The notes beneath the pieces were generated by a model. It had not been told where the DNA came from and did not search any database. It worked only from the letters and a program-made list of their open reading frames with translations. From the sequence record SRR20825006_104: a stretch of 61,903 bases of DNA. One strand, written 5' to 3'. The position numbers and the translations under genes are program-made. Each line of letters starts with the position of its first letter. Position 1 is the first letter of the stretch. Below are positions 19,119 through 28,471 of this stretch, piece by piece.

Positions 19119-19611
19119 ACACGCAAAATCTAGCTGGGCGGATGAAGGTGCAAGCGACTTTGACAGACCTCTAGCTAAAAGAGGACTCAAGGATGCACCA
19201 CTTCTGGGGAAGTTTGTTCGCAAAATCGGGAGAAAACCAGAAATTATAGTGTGCTCGCCAGCAAAAAGAGCAGAACAAACGGCATTATTATTTTTGGAGG
19301 CAGCCCGTTGCAACGAAGATATTCTTACTTGGGAAAAAGACTTCTATTTTGGTTCTCCCACAGATTATCTAAAAGCAATTCAGCGATTACCCAACAGCAT
19401 CGAAAGTGTGTTATTAGTAGGACATAACCCGTTAATGGAAACTGTTTCGAGCTCTCTTGTTGGTGGCTCAAATAAAATTTCCCTTAGAATGCCGACTGCA
19501 GCTATGGTTTCAGTATCTAGTTATAGTCCGTCTTGGGAACAAATAAACTGGGGAACTTGTGAGCTTAATTGGATGGTAATTCCCAAAGTATTAAAAGAAA
19601 TAGTTGATTAA
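19096..19611 (+). CDS. sixA: Phosphohistidine phosphatase, SixA family
   Basis: RHAKS, DFDRPL..RG, SPAKRA.QT, VGHNP, MPT. Confidence 0.88.
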   Translation: MKQILLLRHAKSSWADEGASDFDRPLAKRGLKDAPLLGKFVRKIGRKPEIIVCSPAKRAEQTALLFLEAARCNEDILTWEKDFYFGSPTDYLKAIQRLPNSIESVLLVGHNPLMETVSSSLVGGSNKISLRMPTAAMVSVSSYSPSWEQINWGTCELNWMVIPKVLKEIVD

Positions 19612-19686
19612 CTTAGAGGGTGAGAATAATTATCCTTCTTTCTTTATATTCAACCAAAGAAAATCTCAATTAGAAATTATCCGTAC

Positions 19687-20037
19687 ATGAACTTTCAGCA
19701 AAATTATTTTTTTCTATGTAAAACTCCACTAAGTGCAGAAGGTCCTTCTGATGTGGAAGTAATAACCAAAGCTGAAGACAGCGAAGATTTTGCACGTGTT
19801 TTTAAAGACTATGAAGAACTACGCTCTCATGCTTTCAACAAAGATAATATTTATAGTATAGTACGTGCTGATGTTATCTATGACTTAATAAGATCGAACT
19901 CGGTGAAAGCAGCCAAAGATGAAGCTTACGAAAAAGCTACTCCTGAAATTATTACCAATTTGCAGCATCGTGTAGTACAAGCTAAAGATGCGAATGCCAA
20001 AGCAATATTGAAAGAAGTGTATGATATAGAAGCTTAA
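19687..20037 (+). CDS. Hypothetical protein
   Basis: 116-aa ATG ORF followed by a terminator. Confidence 0.7.
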   Translation: MNFQQNYFFLCKTPLSAEGPSDVEVITKAEDSEDFARVFKDYEELRSHAFNKDNIYSIVRADVIYDLIRSNSVKAAKDEAYEKATPEIITNLQHRVVQAKDANAKAILKEVYDIEA

Positions 20038-20063
20038 TAAAGCAGTAATATCAGATTTACTAT

Positions 20064-20097
20064 AAAGCCTGCTAATTTTTTATTAGCGGGCTTTTTT
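20064..20097 (+). terminator. Intrinsic terminator
   Basis: AAAGCCTGCTAAT-TTTTT-ATTAGCGGGCTTT-TTT. Confidence 0.85.
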
Positions 20098-20185
20098 GTG
20101 CGTAGAATTTTTTTAGTAATAATTGGAACATATTTCCCATACTTCAATATAAAACACCATAAATAATAAATTATATTGGAGATAT

Positions 20186-20371
20186 ATGAACGACTTAACG
20201 ATAAAAGGAAATTGGAATCAGTTAAAAGGAAAACTAAAACAAAAGTACTCAGAACTATCTGAAGATGATTTAGTGTATGCAGAAGGAAAGGAAGATGAGC
20301 TTTTAGGCAGATTACAAGAAAAACTGGGTAAAACGAAAGATCAAATTAAAGAAGAGATTAACAGTCTGTAA
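20186..20371 (+). CDS. csbD: CsbD family general stress protein
   Basis: IKGNWNQLKGKLKQKY..L.EDDL...EGK.DELLGRLQ. Confidence 0.92.
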   Translation: MNDLTIKGNWNQLKGKLKQKYSELSEDDLVYAEGKEDELLGRLQEKLGKTKDQIKEEINSL

Positions 20372-20393
20372 TTAACGTTAGATTATTATTATT

Positions 20394-20425
20394 AAAAGAG
20401 GATTAATTAATCCTCTTTTTTTTTT
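20394..20425 (+). terminator. Intrinsic terminator (26-bp perfect palindrome plus T-tract)
   Basis: AAAAGAGGATTAA/TTAATCCTCTTTT, with the T-run continuing to 20425. Confidence 0.8.
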
Positions 20426-20469
20426 GGCGTATATTTAATTACAATAGATAATTAACTAACAAAATATTT

Positions 20470-21288
20470 ATGGACGAATTTAATATTAGTACAGACATGA
20501 TTTGGGACATTGTGATGACTTATGGCCCAAAGATTCTTCAAGCAGTTGCCGTTCTGGTAATTGGATTGTGGATTGTGAAGATAATCACTGGCCTAGTTAA
20601 AAAAATGCTCGTCAAGAGCAATGTAGATCCTTCTTTACAAGGCTTTTTAAAGAGTTTAGTATCAATTCTACTTAAAGTAATGGTTTACATTACAGCTTTA
20701 GGTATGCTTGGTGTAGAAATGACTTCCTTTGTGGCGATTCTTGCTTCTGCAGGTTTAGCGGTAGGTTTGGCGCTCTCAGGGACCTTACAAAATTTTGCGG
20801 GCGGAGTAATGATTTTGCTCTTTAAGCCATACAAAGTGGGCGACTTTATTGAAGCACAAGGGCATTCTGGTGTAATAAAAGAAATACAAATATTTGTAAC
20901 GATTCTTACCACTCCCGACAACAAAACAGTAATTATTCCAAACGGACCACTTGCAACGGGTTCTTTAACTAACTACTCAACACAAGCTACTCGTCGAGTA
21001 GATTGGACTTTTGGTATTGGTTACGGTGACGATGTAGATAAAACGTATGAAGTACTAAAAAGACTGATTGAGGCTGATGATAGAATCCTAAAAGATCCAG
21101 AGCCTTTTTATGCAGTTAAAGAACTGGGTGATAGTTCGGTTAACTTTGTAGTGCGAGCTTGGGTAAATAGTGCAGATTATTGGGGCGTTTACTTTAGAAT
21201 GAACGAAGAGGTTTATAGAAACTTCGACAAAGAGGGATTGAGTATTCCTTTTCCACAAAGAGACGTACATATTTTTCAAGAAAAATAG
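20470..21288 (+). CDS. mscS: Small-conductance mechanosensitive channel
   Basis: GLAVGLALSGTLQNFAGGVMILLFKPYKVGD, IPNG, SIPFPQRDVH. Confidence 0.93.
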   Translation: MDEFNISTDMIWDIVMTYGPKILQAVAVLVIGLWIVKIITGLVKKMLVKSNVDPSLQGFLKSLVSILLKVMVYITALGMLGVEMTSFVAILASAGLAVGLALSGTLQNFAGGVMILLFKPYKVGDFIEAQGHSGVIKEIQIFVTILTTPDNKTVIIPNGPLATGSLTNYSTQATRRVDWTFGIGYGDDVDKTYEVLKRLIEADDRILKDPEPFYAVKELGDSSVNFVVRAWVNSADYWGVYFRMNEEVYRNFDKEGLSIPFPQRDVHIFQEK

Positions 21289-21297
21289 ATTTTTTTC

Positions 21298-21329
21298 AAA
21301 AGCCAGCTTTAAACAAGTTGGCTTTTTTT
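21298..21329 (+). terminator. Intrinsic terminator
   Basis: AAAAGCCAGCTT-TAAAC-AAGTTGGCTTTT-TTT. Confidence 0.8.
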
Positions 21330-21409
21330 GTTTCAAGGCACTGCTAATTATAAAAAATAGGAGAGAAATATTATCTTACCTTTCTTAGAGAAGGCTTATG
21401 CCATAAATA

Positions 21410-23362
21410 ATGAACCAAGTGGAAAGGAAGGTTACAGCGATGAACCTGGAGCAAGACAACAAAACTGATGACGATAAAAAAGAAAATGAATTGGCTGAAG
21501 AGATTACTCAGGCTAATGATAAACAAGATGATACGCAACTTGAGGAAGTTATGTCTGCTGAAGAGAATGAGGAAGATGTTATCCTCGAAAAAGAGGCAGT
21601 TCAGGCTGAAGAGGAGAGTAAAAGTGAAGAAACCTCAGAAGATGTTGTTAGCTCTGAATCTGAAGAAACAGACGCAGATTTGGATGCCGAGGCAAATAAA
21701 TTTTATAACGACCTTGTAAAAAAGGCAAAAGAATTTGCAGAGTCAGCCGATTGGTCATACGCTTCAAATGAGTTTGCTAATCTTGCATTACACATAGAAG
21801 ATGCGCCGGCGCCAGGCTCCGAAGAGAATAAAAATTCGCTAAAAGAATTTGAAGCAATCCGATCTGCATTCGAATTACGTAAGAAAGAGCATTACGAAGA
21901 ACTAAATAAAAAACGAGAAGAGAATCTCGTTAAGAAGAAAGCTTTGCTCAAAGAATTCACAGATATTATAAACGAAGAAAAGTGGGCTGCTACCAAAGAT
22001 GTAGCTCAGATAAGCCATAAATGGGAGCATATTAAGCAACTCCCACATGGGGAAGTAGAAGCGTTGAATGAGCGGTTTTCAGCTCTTGTTACTGAATTTG
22101 AGAGCCATAAAGTTGATAGGTTGGTTAAGAAGCTTCAGAAAGAAGAAGAAAACTTAACGCTGAAACTTGTTTTACAAGATAAAATGGACGCTATCAACGC
22201 GCGTAGCGGTTCAGAAGGAGTCGATTTTGAAGCTTTAAATAAAGAATTCGACGACTTAATTACCCAGTGGAGAAAAGTTGGACGAGTTCCAGTTGAAAAG
22301 AATGATTTAGTTTGGGATCGATTTAATAAAGCTCAAGATGATTTTAGCGACTTAAGGTTCAAAAACGATAAGCAATACCGCAAAGTTATTGAAAAAGCGT
22401 TAGAGCATAAAAAGAAGCTTGTTGCAGAAGCCGAAGTACTTCTTGATCAAGAGGATATTGCAGAAGCTGCTCGTAGAGTAAATAAATTACATAAAGCCTG
22501 GAAGAAGACTAAGAATTTACCCCAAAAAGATGAGAATGAATTGTGGGATAAATTTAAAGCAGCCACAGATGCTTTCAATGAAAAGAAAGCAGATAATATC
22601 GATATGCTTCGCGATCAAGAACAAGAAAATCTCGATGAAAAACTGAAGCTTATTGAAAAGGCTGAAAGTATACAGCATACCGAAGATTATGAGGCTGGTC
22701 ATAAAGTAATGCAGCTTTTGATGGATGATTGGAAGAAAATTGGACCTGTTCCTCGTAAAAAATCTTCTAAAATATGGAAAAGCTTTAAAGCTGCGATGGA
22801 TGTATTCTATGAAGAGCGAAGAGATCATTTCAAAGATATCAGGAAAGACCAAAAAGATAATCTTACAGCAAAAAAAGAGATTATTGATAAGCTTGAGGAA
22901 TTAGGCAAGCATGAAGATCCCGCGAAAGCAGTTGAGGAAGCGAAAGCACTTCAAGAAGATTTCAAGAAAATCGGGCATGTTCCTTTAAAAAGTAAAAACA
23001 AAGTTTGGAAGCAGTATCGTGAAGTTTGTGATACTATTTATGAACGCTTTAGATCACTTGGTGCAGATTTAGGAATGGAGCGTAGATTAGCCTCTCAAGG
23101 GGTTGAGCCAGAAAATAGAAAGCAAGTTATAAAGCTTGAAAAAGAACAGAATAGTATTAAAAAGGACATCTCTAGACTAGAAGCTGAAGCTATCCAATAC
23201 GAAGAAGCTCAGACTTATTTTAAACCAACCAAAAAAGGGAATAAGCTTCTTGATGAGCTACAGGGTAAAATTGAAAAAGCTAGAGAAGAACTTGTAGGAA
23301 AAAGAAAACGACTAACAGCAATAGAAATAGAAATAGAAGGGTTTACGGAATCCGACGAATAA
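21410..23362 (+). CDS. DUF349-repeat coiled-coil protein
   Basis: Repeated WKKIGPVP...W..F..A.D.F units, acidic N-terminus. Confidence 0.85.
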   Translation: MNQVERKVTAMNLEQDNKTDDDKKENELAEEITQANDKQDDTQLEEVMSAEENEEDVILEKEAVQAEEESKSEETSEDVVSSESEETDADLDAEANKFYNDLVKKAKEFAESADWSYASNEFANLALHIEDAPAPGSEENKNSLKEFEAIRSAFELRKKEHYEELNKKREENLVKKKALLKEFTDIINEEKWAATKDVAQISHKWEHIKQLPHGEVEALNERFSALVTEFESHKVDRLVKKLQKEEENLTLKLVLQDKMDAINARSGSEGVDFEALNKEFDDLITQWRKVGRVPVEKNDLVWDRFNKAQDDFSDLRFKNDKQYRKVIEKALEHKKKLVAEAEVLLDQEDIAEAARRVNKLHKAWKKTKNLPQKDENELWDKFKAATDAFNEKKADNIDMLRDQEQENLDEKLKLIEKAESIQHTEDYEAGHKVMQLLMDDWKKIGPVPRKKSSKIWKSFKAAMDVFYEERRDHFKDIRKDQKDNLTAKKEIIDKLEELGKHEDPAKAVEEAKALQEDFKKIGHVPLKSKNKVWKQYREVCDTIYERFRSLGADLGMERRLASQGVEPENRKQVIKLEKEQNSIKKDISRLEAEAIQYEEAQTYFKPTKKGNKLLDELQGKIEKAREELVGKRKRLTAIEIEIEGFTESDE

Positions 23363-23511
23363 ACAGGGCTATTATTTGTAGATAAATAAAAGTGTTGAGT
23401 AAGATAATATGCATGAAAAGGGAGCGGAGCATTTAAGCAAGGTTCCCTAATATTTCTACAAATTTTTCGTGGGTGATTCATATCTGTTTACAACTAATAA
23501 TGGTGCAGTGA

Positions 23512-24372
23512 TTGAGTAATGAATTAAAAATATTCTTTTGGGGAGTAAGAGGCTCAACACCATGTGCAAATGTGCATAACATGGTGTTTGGCGGTAATAC
23601 AACCTGCATTCAATTTGAACTCGAAGGATTTAAAGATTTAATCATTGCAGACTGTGGAACTGGGGTTCGAAATTTAGGGAATGAACTTGCTGATATAAAA
23701 GCGGCAAAACAAGGGCGCATTTTCGTTACTCACCCTCATTGGGATCACCTTCAGGGGTTTCCATTCTTCAAGCCTTTCTATAACTCAAAAAACTATTTTC
23801 AAGTCTATATGCCGCCGCAGGGCGATGTAAGTTGTAAAGAAATACTTCAAGGGCATCTTTCAAATACATTCTTTCCTGTTTCAATAGATATGCTGGAGGC
23901 AGATGTTGAGTGTCTCACTTTTGAAGAGGGAGTGTTAAATTTTGATAATTACTCAGTAGAATACATGTTTGCACGGCATACAGCACCAACTGCTATGTAC
24001 AAGTTCACTTTTGGGGAAAGAAAAATTGTATTTGCTCCCGATAACGAGCTTCCATTTGTTAAGAATGCTAGTAACCAATTATTTCTTGAAAAATTTCAAA
24101 ACTTCGTAGCTGGTGTTGACGTTCTGGTACACGATGGGCAGTTCAACAAAGAGCAGCACCAAAGTCGAATTGGGTGGGGACATAGTGATTGGGAAACTGT
24201 GCTTGAAACAGTAAAAGACTTGCAGATAAAGAAACTCTTTTTAACCCATCACGACCCCGATAGTTGCGATGAAATGCTTTCTAAAAGAGACAAAGAAATA
24301 CAGAGTAAGTATGGGAAATGTTTTGAGCAAGTTTGCTTAATAAAAGAAGGGCAGGAAATTATCCTGCCCTAA
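23512..24372 (+). CDS. Metallo-beta-lactamase-fold hydrolase (RNase Z/phosphodiesterase-like)
   Basis: WGVRGS, GGNTTC, DCGTG, THPHWDHLQG, GWGHS, THHDP; TTG start. Confidence 0.88.
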   Translation: MSNELKIFFWGVRGSTPCANVHNMVFGGNTTCIQFELEGFKDLIIADCGTGVRNLGNELADIKAAKQGRIFVTHPHWDHLQGFPFFKPFYNSKNYFQVYMPPQGDVSCKEILQGHLSNTFFPVSIDMLEADVECLTFEEGVLNFDNYSVEYMFARHTAPTAMYKFTFGERKIVFAPDNELPFVKNASNQLFLEKFQNFVAGVDVLVHDGQFNKEQHQSRIGWGHSDWETVLETVKDLQIKKLFLTHHDPDSCDEMLSKRDKEIQSKYGKCFEQVCLIKEGQEIILP

Positions 24373-24397
24373 AAAATGCGTAATAAGTTGTGCTAGC

Positions 24398-24868
24398 TTA
24401 GAAGTAGAAGCGAACACCAAGAGAGCCATTAACATCGCCATCTGTATCTGGTAAAAAGTCTAAGATAGGTGCTAATTCAAAGAATACACCAACCGGAGAA
24501 TCTTCAATAAGATAGTTAAGCCCGAAAGGTACTCTTACACCTGCAAAAGGATCGTCGGTAAATACAACTCGGCCACCAATACCATAATAGAATGCAAGCT
24601 CACCTTTTTCGACATCTAGCCATTTGTGCCATAGATAATCTGCATGTACATGTATCGCATCTTTACCAGAAAGTGACCACGCTAAGCCAAGGTCCCAAGC
24701 TGTGTTAGAGTTATTCCAAGATTTTAAGCTAATACCAGAAGGCTCGCCGATCATAATCCCGACACCTGTTTTGCCTCCACCAGTTTGCTGAGCCTGAACC
24801 GTTGAAGAAATTGAAAGTGTGCCCAGAAATAAAATTATTGTACAAAAAGTTAGTTTTAAAACGTTCAT
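24398..24868 (-). CDS. Small outer-membrane beta-barrel protein
   Basis: Signal peptide, GVGIMIGEPSGISLK, alternating strands, C-terminal GVRFYF. Confidence 0.75.
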   Translation of the reverse strand: MNVLKLTFCTIILFLGTLSISSTVQAQQTGGGKTGVGIMIGEPSGISLKSWNNSNTAWDLGLAWSLSGKDAIHVHADYLWHKWLDVEKGELAFYYGIGGRVVFTDDPFAGVRVPFGLNYLIEDSPVGVFFELAPILDFLPDTDGDVNGSLGVRFYF

Positions 24869-24965
24869 TCAGTTTATTTTGTTATTTAAGTTCACTGTAA
24901 TATACCTCAAACAATTAATTTCGTTCCCAAATAGTATTCATAATTAGAAAAAAATTTCCATTTAT

Positions 24966-25571
24966 ATGCCTGAGTCAGAATTACTTATAGTTTTTGTTAA
25001 GAATCCAATACTAGGAACTGCTAAAACAAGGTTGGCTCAAACTGTTGGTGATGAGAATGCGCTAGAAATCTATTTAGAGTTACTAGAGATAACAAAAAAA
25101 GTGGTGTTAAGTGTGAAATCTGACAAAGAAGTTTGGATGTCTAGAAGGATTGATGAAAACGATATGTGGGAGGAGTCTAGTATCGTAAAGCGAGTTCAAC
25201 GGGGAGATGGATTGGGAGGTCGAATGAGTAATGCATTTAAATATGCACTCAAAGAAAAAAAGTACGCTAAGGTGGTAGTTATTGGAAGTGATTGTCCAGA
25301 TATAACCTCAGAAACAATAGAATCAGCTTTTACTATGCTAGATGAGAAAGAAGTTGTTTTTGGCCCTGCTAGCGATGGTGGTTATTATTTAATTGGGATG
25401 AAAAATTTCTACCCAGAATTATTTAAAGAGATAACGTGGAGTGTTTCTTCCGTTTTGGAAAATTCTATCCAAAAATTGAAGGAAATGGAAACTAGTTTTG
25501 CTTTGTTAAAAGAGCTCAGCGATGTAGATACATACCAAGATTGGGAAAGATTTCTCAATAATAGAAAATAG
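24966..25571 (+). CDS. TIGR04282/DUF2064-type glycosyltransferase-like protein
   Basis: FVKNP..G.AKTRLA, IGSDCP, GPASDGGYYLIG, DVDT. Confidence 0.88.
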   Translation: MPESELLIVFVKNPILGTAKTRLAQTVGDENALEIYLELLEITKKVVLSVKSDKEVWMSRRIDENDMWEESSIVKRVQRGDGLGGRMSNAFKYALKEKKYAKVVVIGSDCPDITSETIESAFTMLDEKEVVFGPASDGGYYLIGMKNFYPELFKEITWSVSSVLENSIQKLKEMETSFALLKELSDVDTYQDWERFLNNRK

Positions 25572-25578
25572 ACAAACT

Positions 25579-26265
25579 ATGTTGAGTGTAATAATTCCAG
25601 TTTATAATGAATCGGAAGGGATTTCAGACTTACTTACTTACTTGAATGCAGAACTAAAAGGTACTGTTTCAGAAATAATTGTAGTAGATGGTGGTAGTGT
25701 TGATAACACAGTTCAGCTTTGTGAAAAGTATGAAGCTAATGTGTTTGTGAGTGATAAGAAAGGAAGGGCTTCTCAAATGAACTACGGTGCGCTTAAAGCC
25801 AAAGGTGATGTGTACTATTTCCTCCACGCGGATTCATTTCCGCCAACTCAATTTATTAGAAATATACTAGATCAAATTGAAGGTGAGGTTGTTGCTGGTT
25901 GTTATCAATTAGCATTTTCGCCCAATCATCCCGTGTTGAAATTTTACGCATGGTTTACACGGCTTAATATTGATACGCTCAGGTTTGGTGATCAAAGTCT
26001 TTTTGTAACTAAAGAAGCATTCGAGAAAGTTGGCGGTTTTGATGAGCGTTTAATTGTAATGGAAGATCAAAAAATTGTTCGAGACTTAAAGAAAGTTGGT
26101 AAGTTTACAATTATCAATAAAAAAGTAACCACCTCGTCCCGGAAATACTTTCAGGTTGGGCTGATAAAATTACAATTTATTTTTACACTAATACTCTGTT
26201 TGTACTACCTAAGAGTGAGGCAGAGTACACTCATTAACGTCTATAAAAAACTAATGGCTTCTTAA
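25579..26265 (+). CDS. TIGR04283-type GT2 glycosyltransferase
   Basis: SVIIPVYNE, VDGGS, GRASQMNYGA, FLHAD, FGDQ, MED, TSSRKY. Confidence 0.88.
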   Translation: MLSVIIPVYNESEGISDLLTYLNAELKGTVSEIIVVDGGSVDNTVQLCEKYEANVFVSDKKGRASQMNYGALKAKGDVYYFLHADSFPPTQFIRNILDQIEGEVVAGCYQLAFSPNHPVLKFYAWFTRLNIDTLRFGDQSLFVTKEAFEKVGGFDERLIVMEDQKIVRDLKKVGKFTIINKKVTTSSRKYFQVGLIKLQFIFTLILCLYYLRVRQSTLINVYKKLMAS

Positions 26266-26321
26266 GTTGTTATCAAAGTGTTAAGGAAATGATTACGTAA
26301 GGGATTCTGATTAAATATTTT

Positions 26322-26329
26322 TATATTTG
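26322..26329 (+). promoter_or_regulatory. Bacteroidota-type -7 promoter element upstream of uptake operon
   Basis: TATATTTG matches TAnnTTTG about 30 bp before 26359; no clean -33 TTTG. Confidence 0.45.
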
Positions 26330-26358
26330 TCGTCCATAGTAAATAAGTTAAATCCTGT

Positions 26359-28461
26359 TTGAAGATATTTCGAATCCTCCCAGTTATACTTTTAATTTCT
26401 CAAGGTTTGCTAGCCCAACAATCTTTTGAGCGTGCGGAAACCGATGCAGGCACCATTGGTTTGTCTATAACCAACTTTGGCACAATAGGTAAGCCAGATG
26501 TGAGAAATAATCCCGAAAGTGGTTTTAGCATGCGCTTTCCTAAAAACACAGGAACCGAGCATCTTTTTGAAGCCGGCATCTGGATTGGTATGTATAAGAA
26601 TAATAGTGCGCGGGTTTCTAGCTCAGCCGTTACAAATTCTGCGGGATATTCAAGAGGGGCTACAGGGTTTGAGTTTACAGCCGAAGATTTAATTAAGCGA
26701 AGAAGTACAAATCCAGAAGATGAATTTTTCTCTGTTGGAGCGGTAAGCGAACGTGATATTCTTACAAGCTTTTCGGATAGAAGAAGAGAAGTAAATGGTA
26801 CGCCAATTAATGGGCATGACAATCCGCTTTACGTAGATGTAGCTCTAGAGAGTTACAATTGGGGTTTTCCTTTCACTGAAAACTTTACCATTCTACGTTA
26901 CGATATTACCAATATGAGTGATGTGTATGCTACACCAGAAACGTGGGATAGTGTGTATGTAGGAATGTATGCTGATTTAGTAGTTCGAAATGTGAATAGT
27001 ACTACAGAAGTAGGTGGAGATTTTTTCAACAAAAATGGTCTTGGGTATATAGACTCTCTACAAACTATTTATGCGTTTGATGCTGGCTCTCAAGACAATC
27101 CAAGCTTGAACACATACGGTGCTATTTCTATTATGGGCGCCAACTACAGAGATGAGTTTTTCCATCCAGCAAATCCAGATACGGCTGGCGGACAATTTAC
27201 ATCCTCAGGACTAAATGTGCCTAAGGTTGGCCCAAGTTATTGGCTGTTTGGTAATGGTTCTGGTGATTTCTCGCGTCCTTCTACAGATGGGGATAGATAT
27301 ACTAAAATGGCAGAGGAGTTTCCTTATGCTAATAATGAAACAAAACTACGTAATGATGGCCAAACCTCGGCAGGAAACTACATCTCATTTATTTCTATGG
27401 GGCCATTTCCGAAAGTAGAACCAGGCGAGACGATTACAGTATATTTCGTTTTTTCAGGAGCTCTAAAACCGGATAATTTTCAAGGTTTATCGGATAAGAA
27501 GGTTGATACCGAAGAGACAAGAAGCGATTTAGTTAAAACATTGAAATCGGCTAGTAGCGTATTCCGCGGTGAAGATAAAAATAACAACGGTACGCTAGAT
27601 GCTGGTGAAGACACAGATAATAATGGTGAGTTAACCCGCTATTTATTCCCAACCCCTCCTGACAACCCAAAAACAAAAATTGTGCTAGAAGCAGGAAAGG
27701 TTTCCATTTATTGGGATAAAACTGCTGAGCGATCTATTGATAGGGTTTCTGGGAACATGGATTTTGAGGGGTATCGCGTTTATAGCTCTGAACTAGGTGA
27801 TGATTTAAACCCCACACCTAGGCTAATTCGAGAGTTTGACAAGCCGTCTAATAATATTGGTTTTGATGTTGGTTTTGGTGAAGTAGCACTTTCTAGTCCT
27901 GTAACTTTTGAGGGTGACACCACTAATTACTGGTATAAGTATGAGTTGAATGGCTTACTCAACGGTTGGCAGTACTTAGTTTCTGTAACTTCATTCGATA
28001 GTGGTGATGAAGTGTTTGGGGTAGAGAGTCTAGAAACCAGTACCAATTCAAATAGTGTACGAGTATTTCCTGGTACTCCGGTAAATGCTAATTTTGGTGA
28101 GAAAGGATTTGAGGTTGGAGTTTATCCAAACCCATATAGAGTGAACGCAGCGTGGGATGGTTTGAGTGAAGGAGATAGAAAATTATATTTCTACAATTTA
28201 CCTGCAAATTCGGAAATAAGAATCTATTCCATTGCAGGTGATATTGTTGCAGAGTTGAACCATGATGCATCAACATATAGTGGTGATATAGGCTGGTTCG
28301 ATAGCTTTAGTGATAATCCGAGAGTAATGGCAGGTGGAGAACATGCTTGGGATTTACAATCGGAGGCTAATCAAATCTTAACAACAGGTTTATACCTTTT
28401 TACTGTAAAAGATTTGGATTCAGGAAAAATACAAACAGGTAAACTAGCAATCATAAAATAA
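26359..28461 (+). CDS. Secreted hypothetical protein with atypical T9SS-like CTD
   Basis: Signal peptide, HLFEAGIWIG, paired DxNNNG/DxDNNG Ca-binding loops, DFEGYRVY, C-terminal VYPNPY...GLYLFTVKD...GKLAIIK. Confidence 0.8.
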   Translation: MKIFRILPVILLISQGLLAQQSFERAETDAGTIGLSITNFGTIGKPDVRNNPESGFSMRFPKNTGTEHLFEAGIWIGMYKNNSARVSSSAVTNSAGYSRGATGFEFTAEDLIKRRSTNPEDEFFSVGAVSERDILTSFSDRRREVNGTPINGHDNPLYVDVALESYNWGFPFTENFTILRYDITNMSDVYATPETWDSVYVGMYADLVVRNVNSTTEVGGDFFNKNGLGYIDSLQTIYAFDAGSQDNPSLNTYGAISIMGANYRDEFFHPANPDTAGGQFTSSGLNVPKVGPSYWLFGNGSGDFSRPSTDGDRYTKMAEEFPYANNETKLRNDGQTSAGNYISFISMGPFPKVEPGETITVYFVFSGALKPDNFQGLSDKKVDTEETRSDLVKTLKSASSVFRGEDKNNNGTLDAGEDTDNNGELTRYLFPTPPDNPKTKIVLEAGKVSIYWDKTAERSIDRVSGNMDFEGYRVYSSELGDDLNPTPRLIREFDKPSNNIGFDVGFGEVALSSPVTFEGDTTNYWYKYELNGLLNGWQYLVSVTSFDSGDEVFGVESLETSTNSNSVRVFPGTPVNANFGEKGFEVGVYPNPYRVNAAWDGLSEGDRKLYFYNLPANSEIRIYSIAGDIVAELNHDASTYSGDIGWFDSFSDNPRVMAGGEHAWDLQSEANQILTTGLYLFTVKDLDSGKIQTGKLAIIK

Positions 28462-28471
28462 ATAATTACTT

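Noticed and set aside
23320-23338. ATAGAA x3 tandem repeat
   Set aside because: In-frame hexamer encoding IEIEIE; too short for a contingency locus
23374-23463. TTTCTAC/GTAGAT resemblance to the Cas12a repeat stem
   Set aside because: Arms are in the wrong order, single copy, no spacers or cas genes; no CRISPR array anywhere in the window
2173-26265. Selenoneine pathway (EgtB homologue plus glycosyltransferase)
   Set aside because: No selD/senC; the transferases are about 20 kb away and are not SenB-like by motif; egtB is paired with egtD
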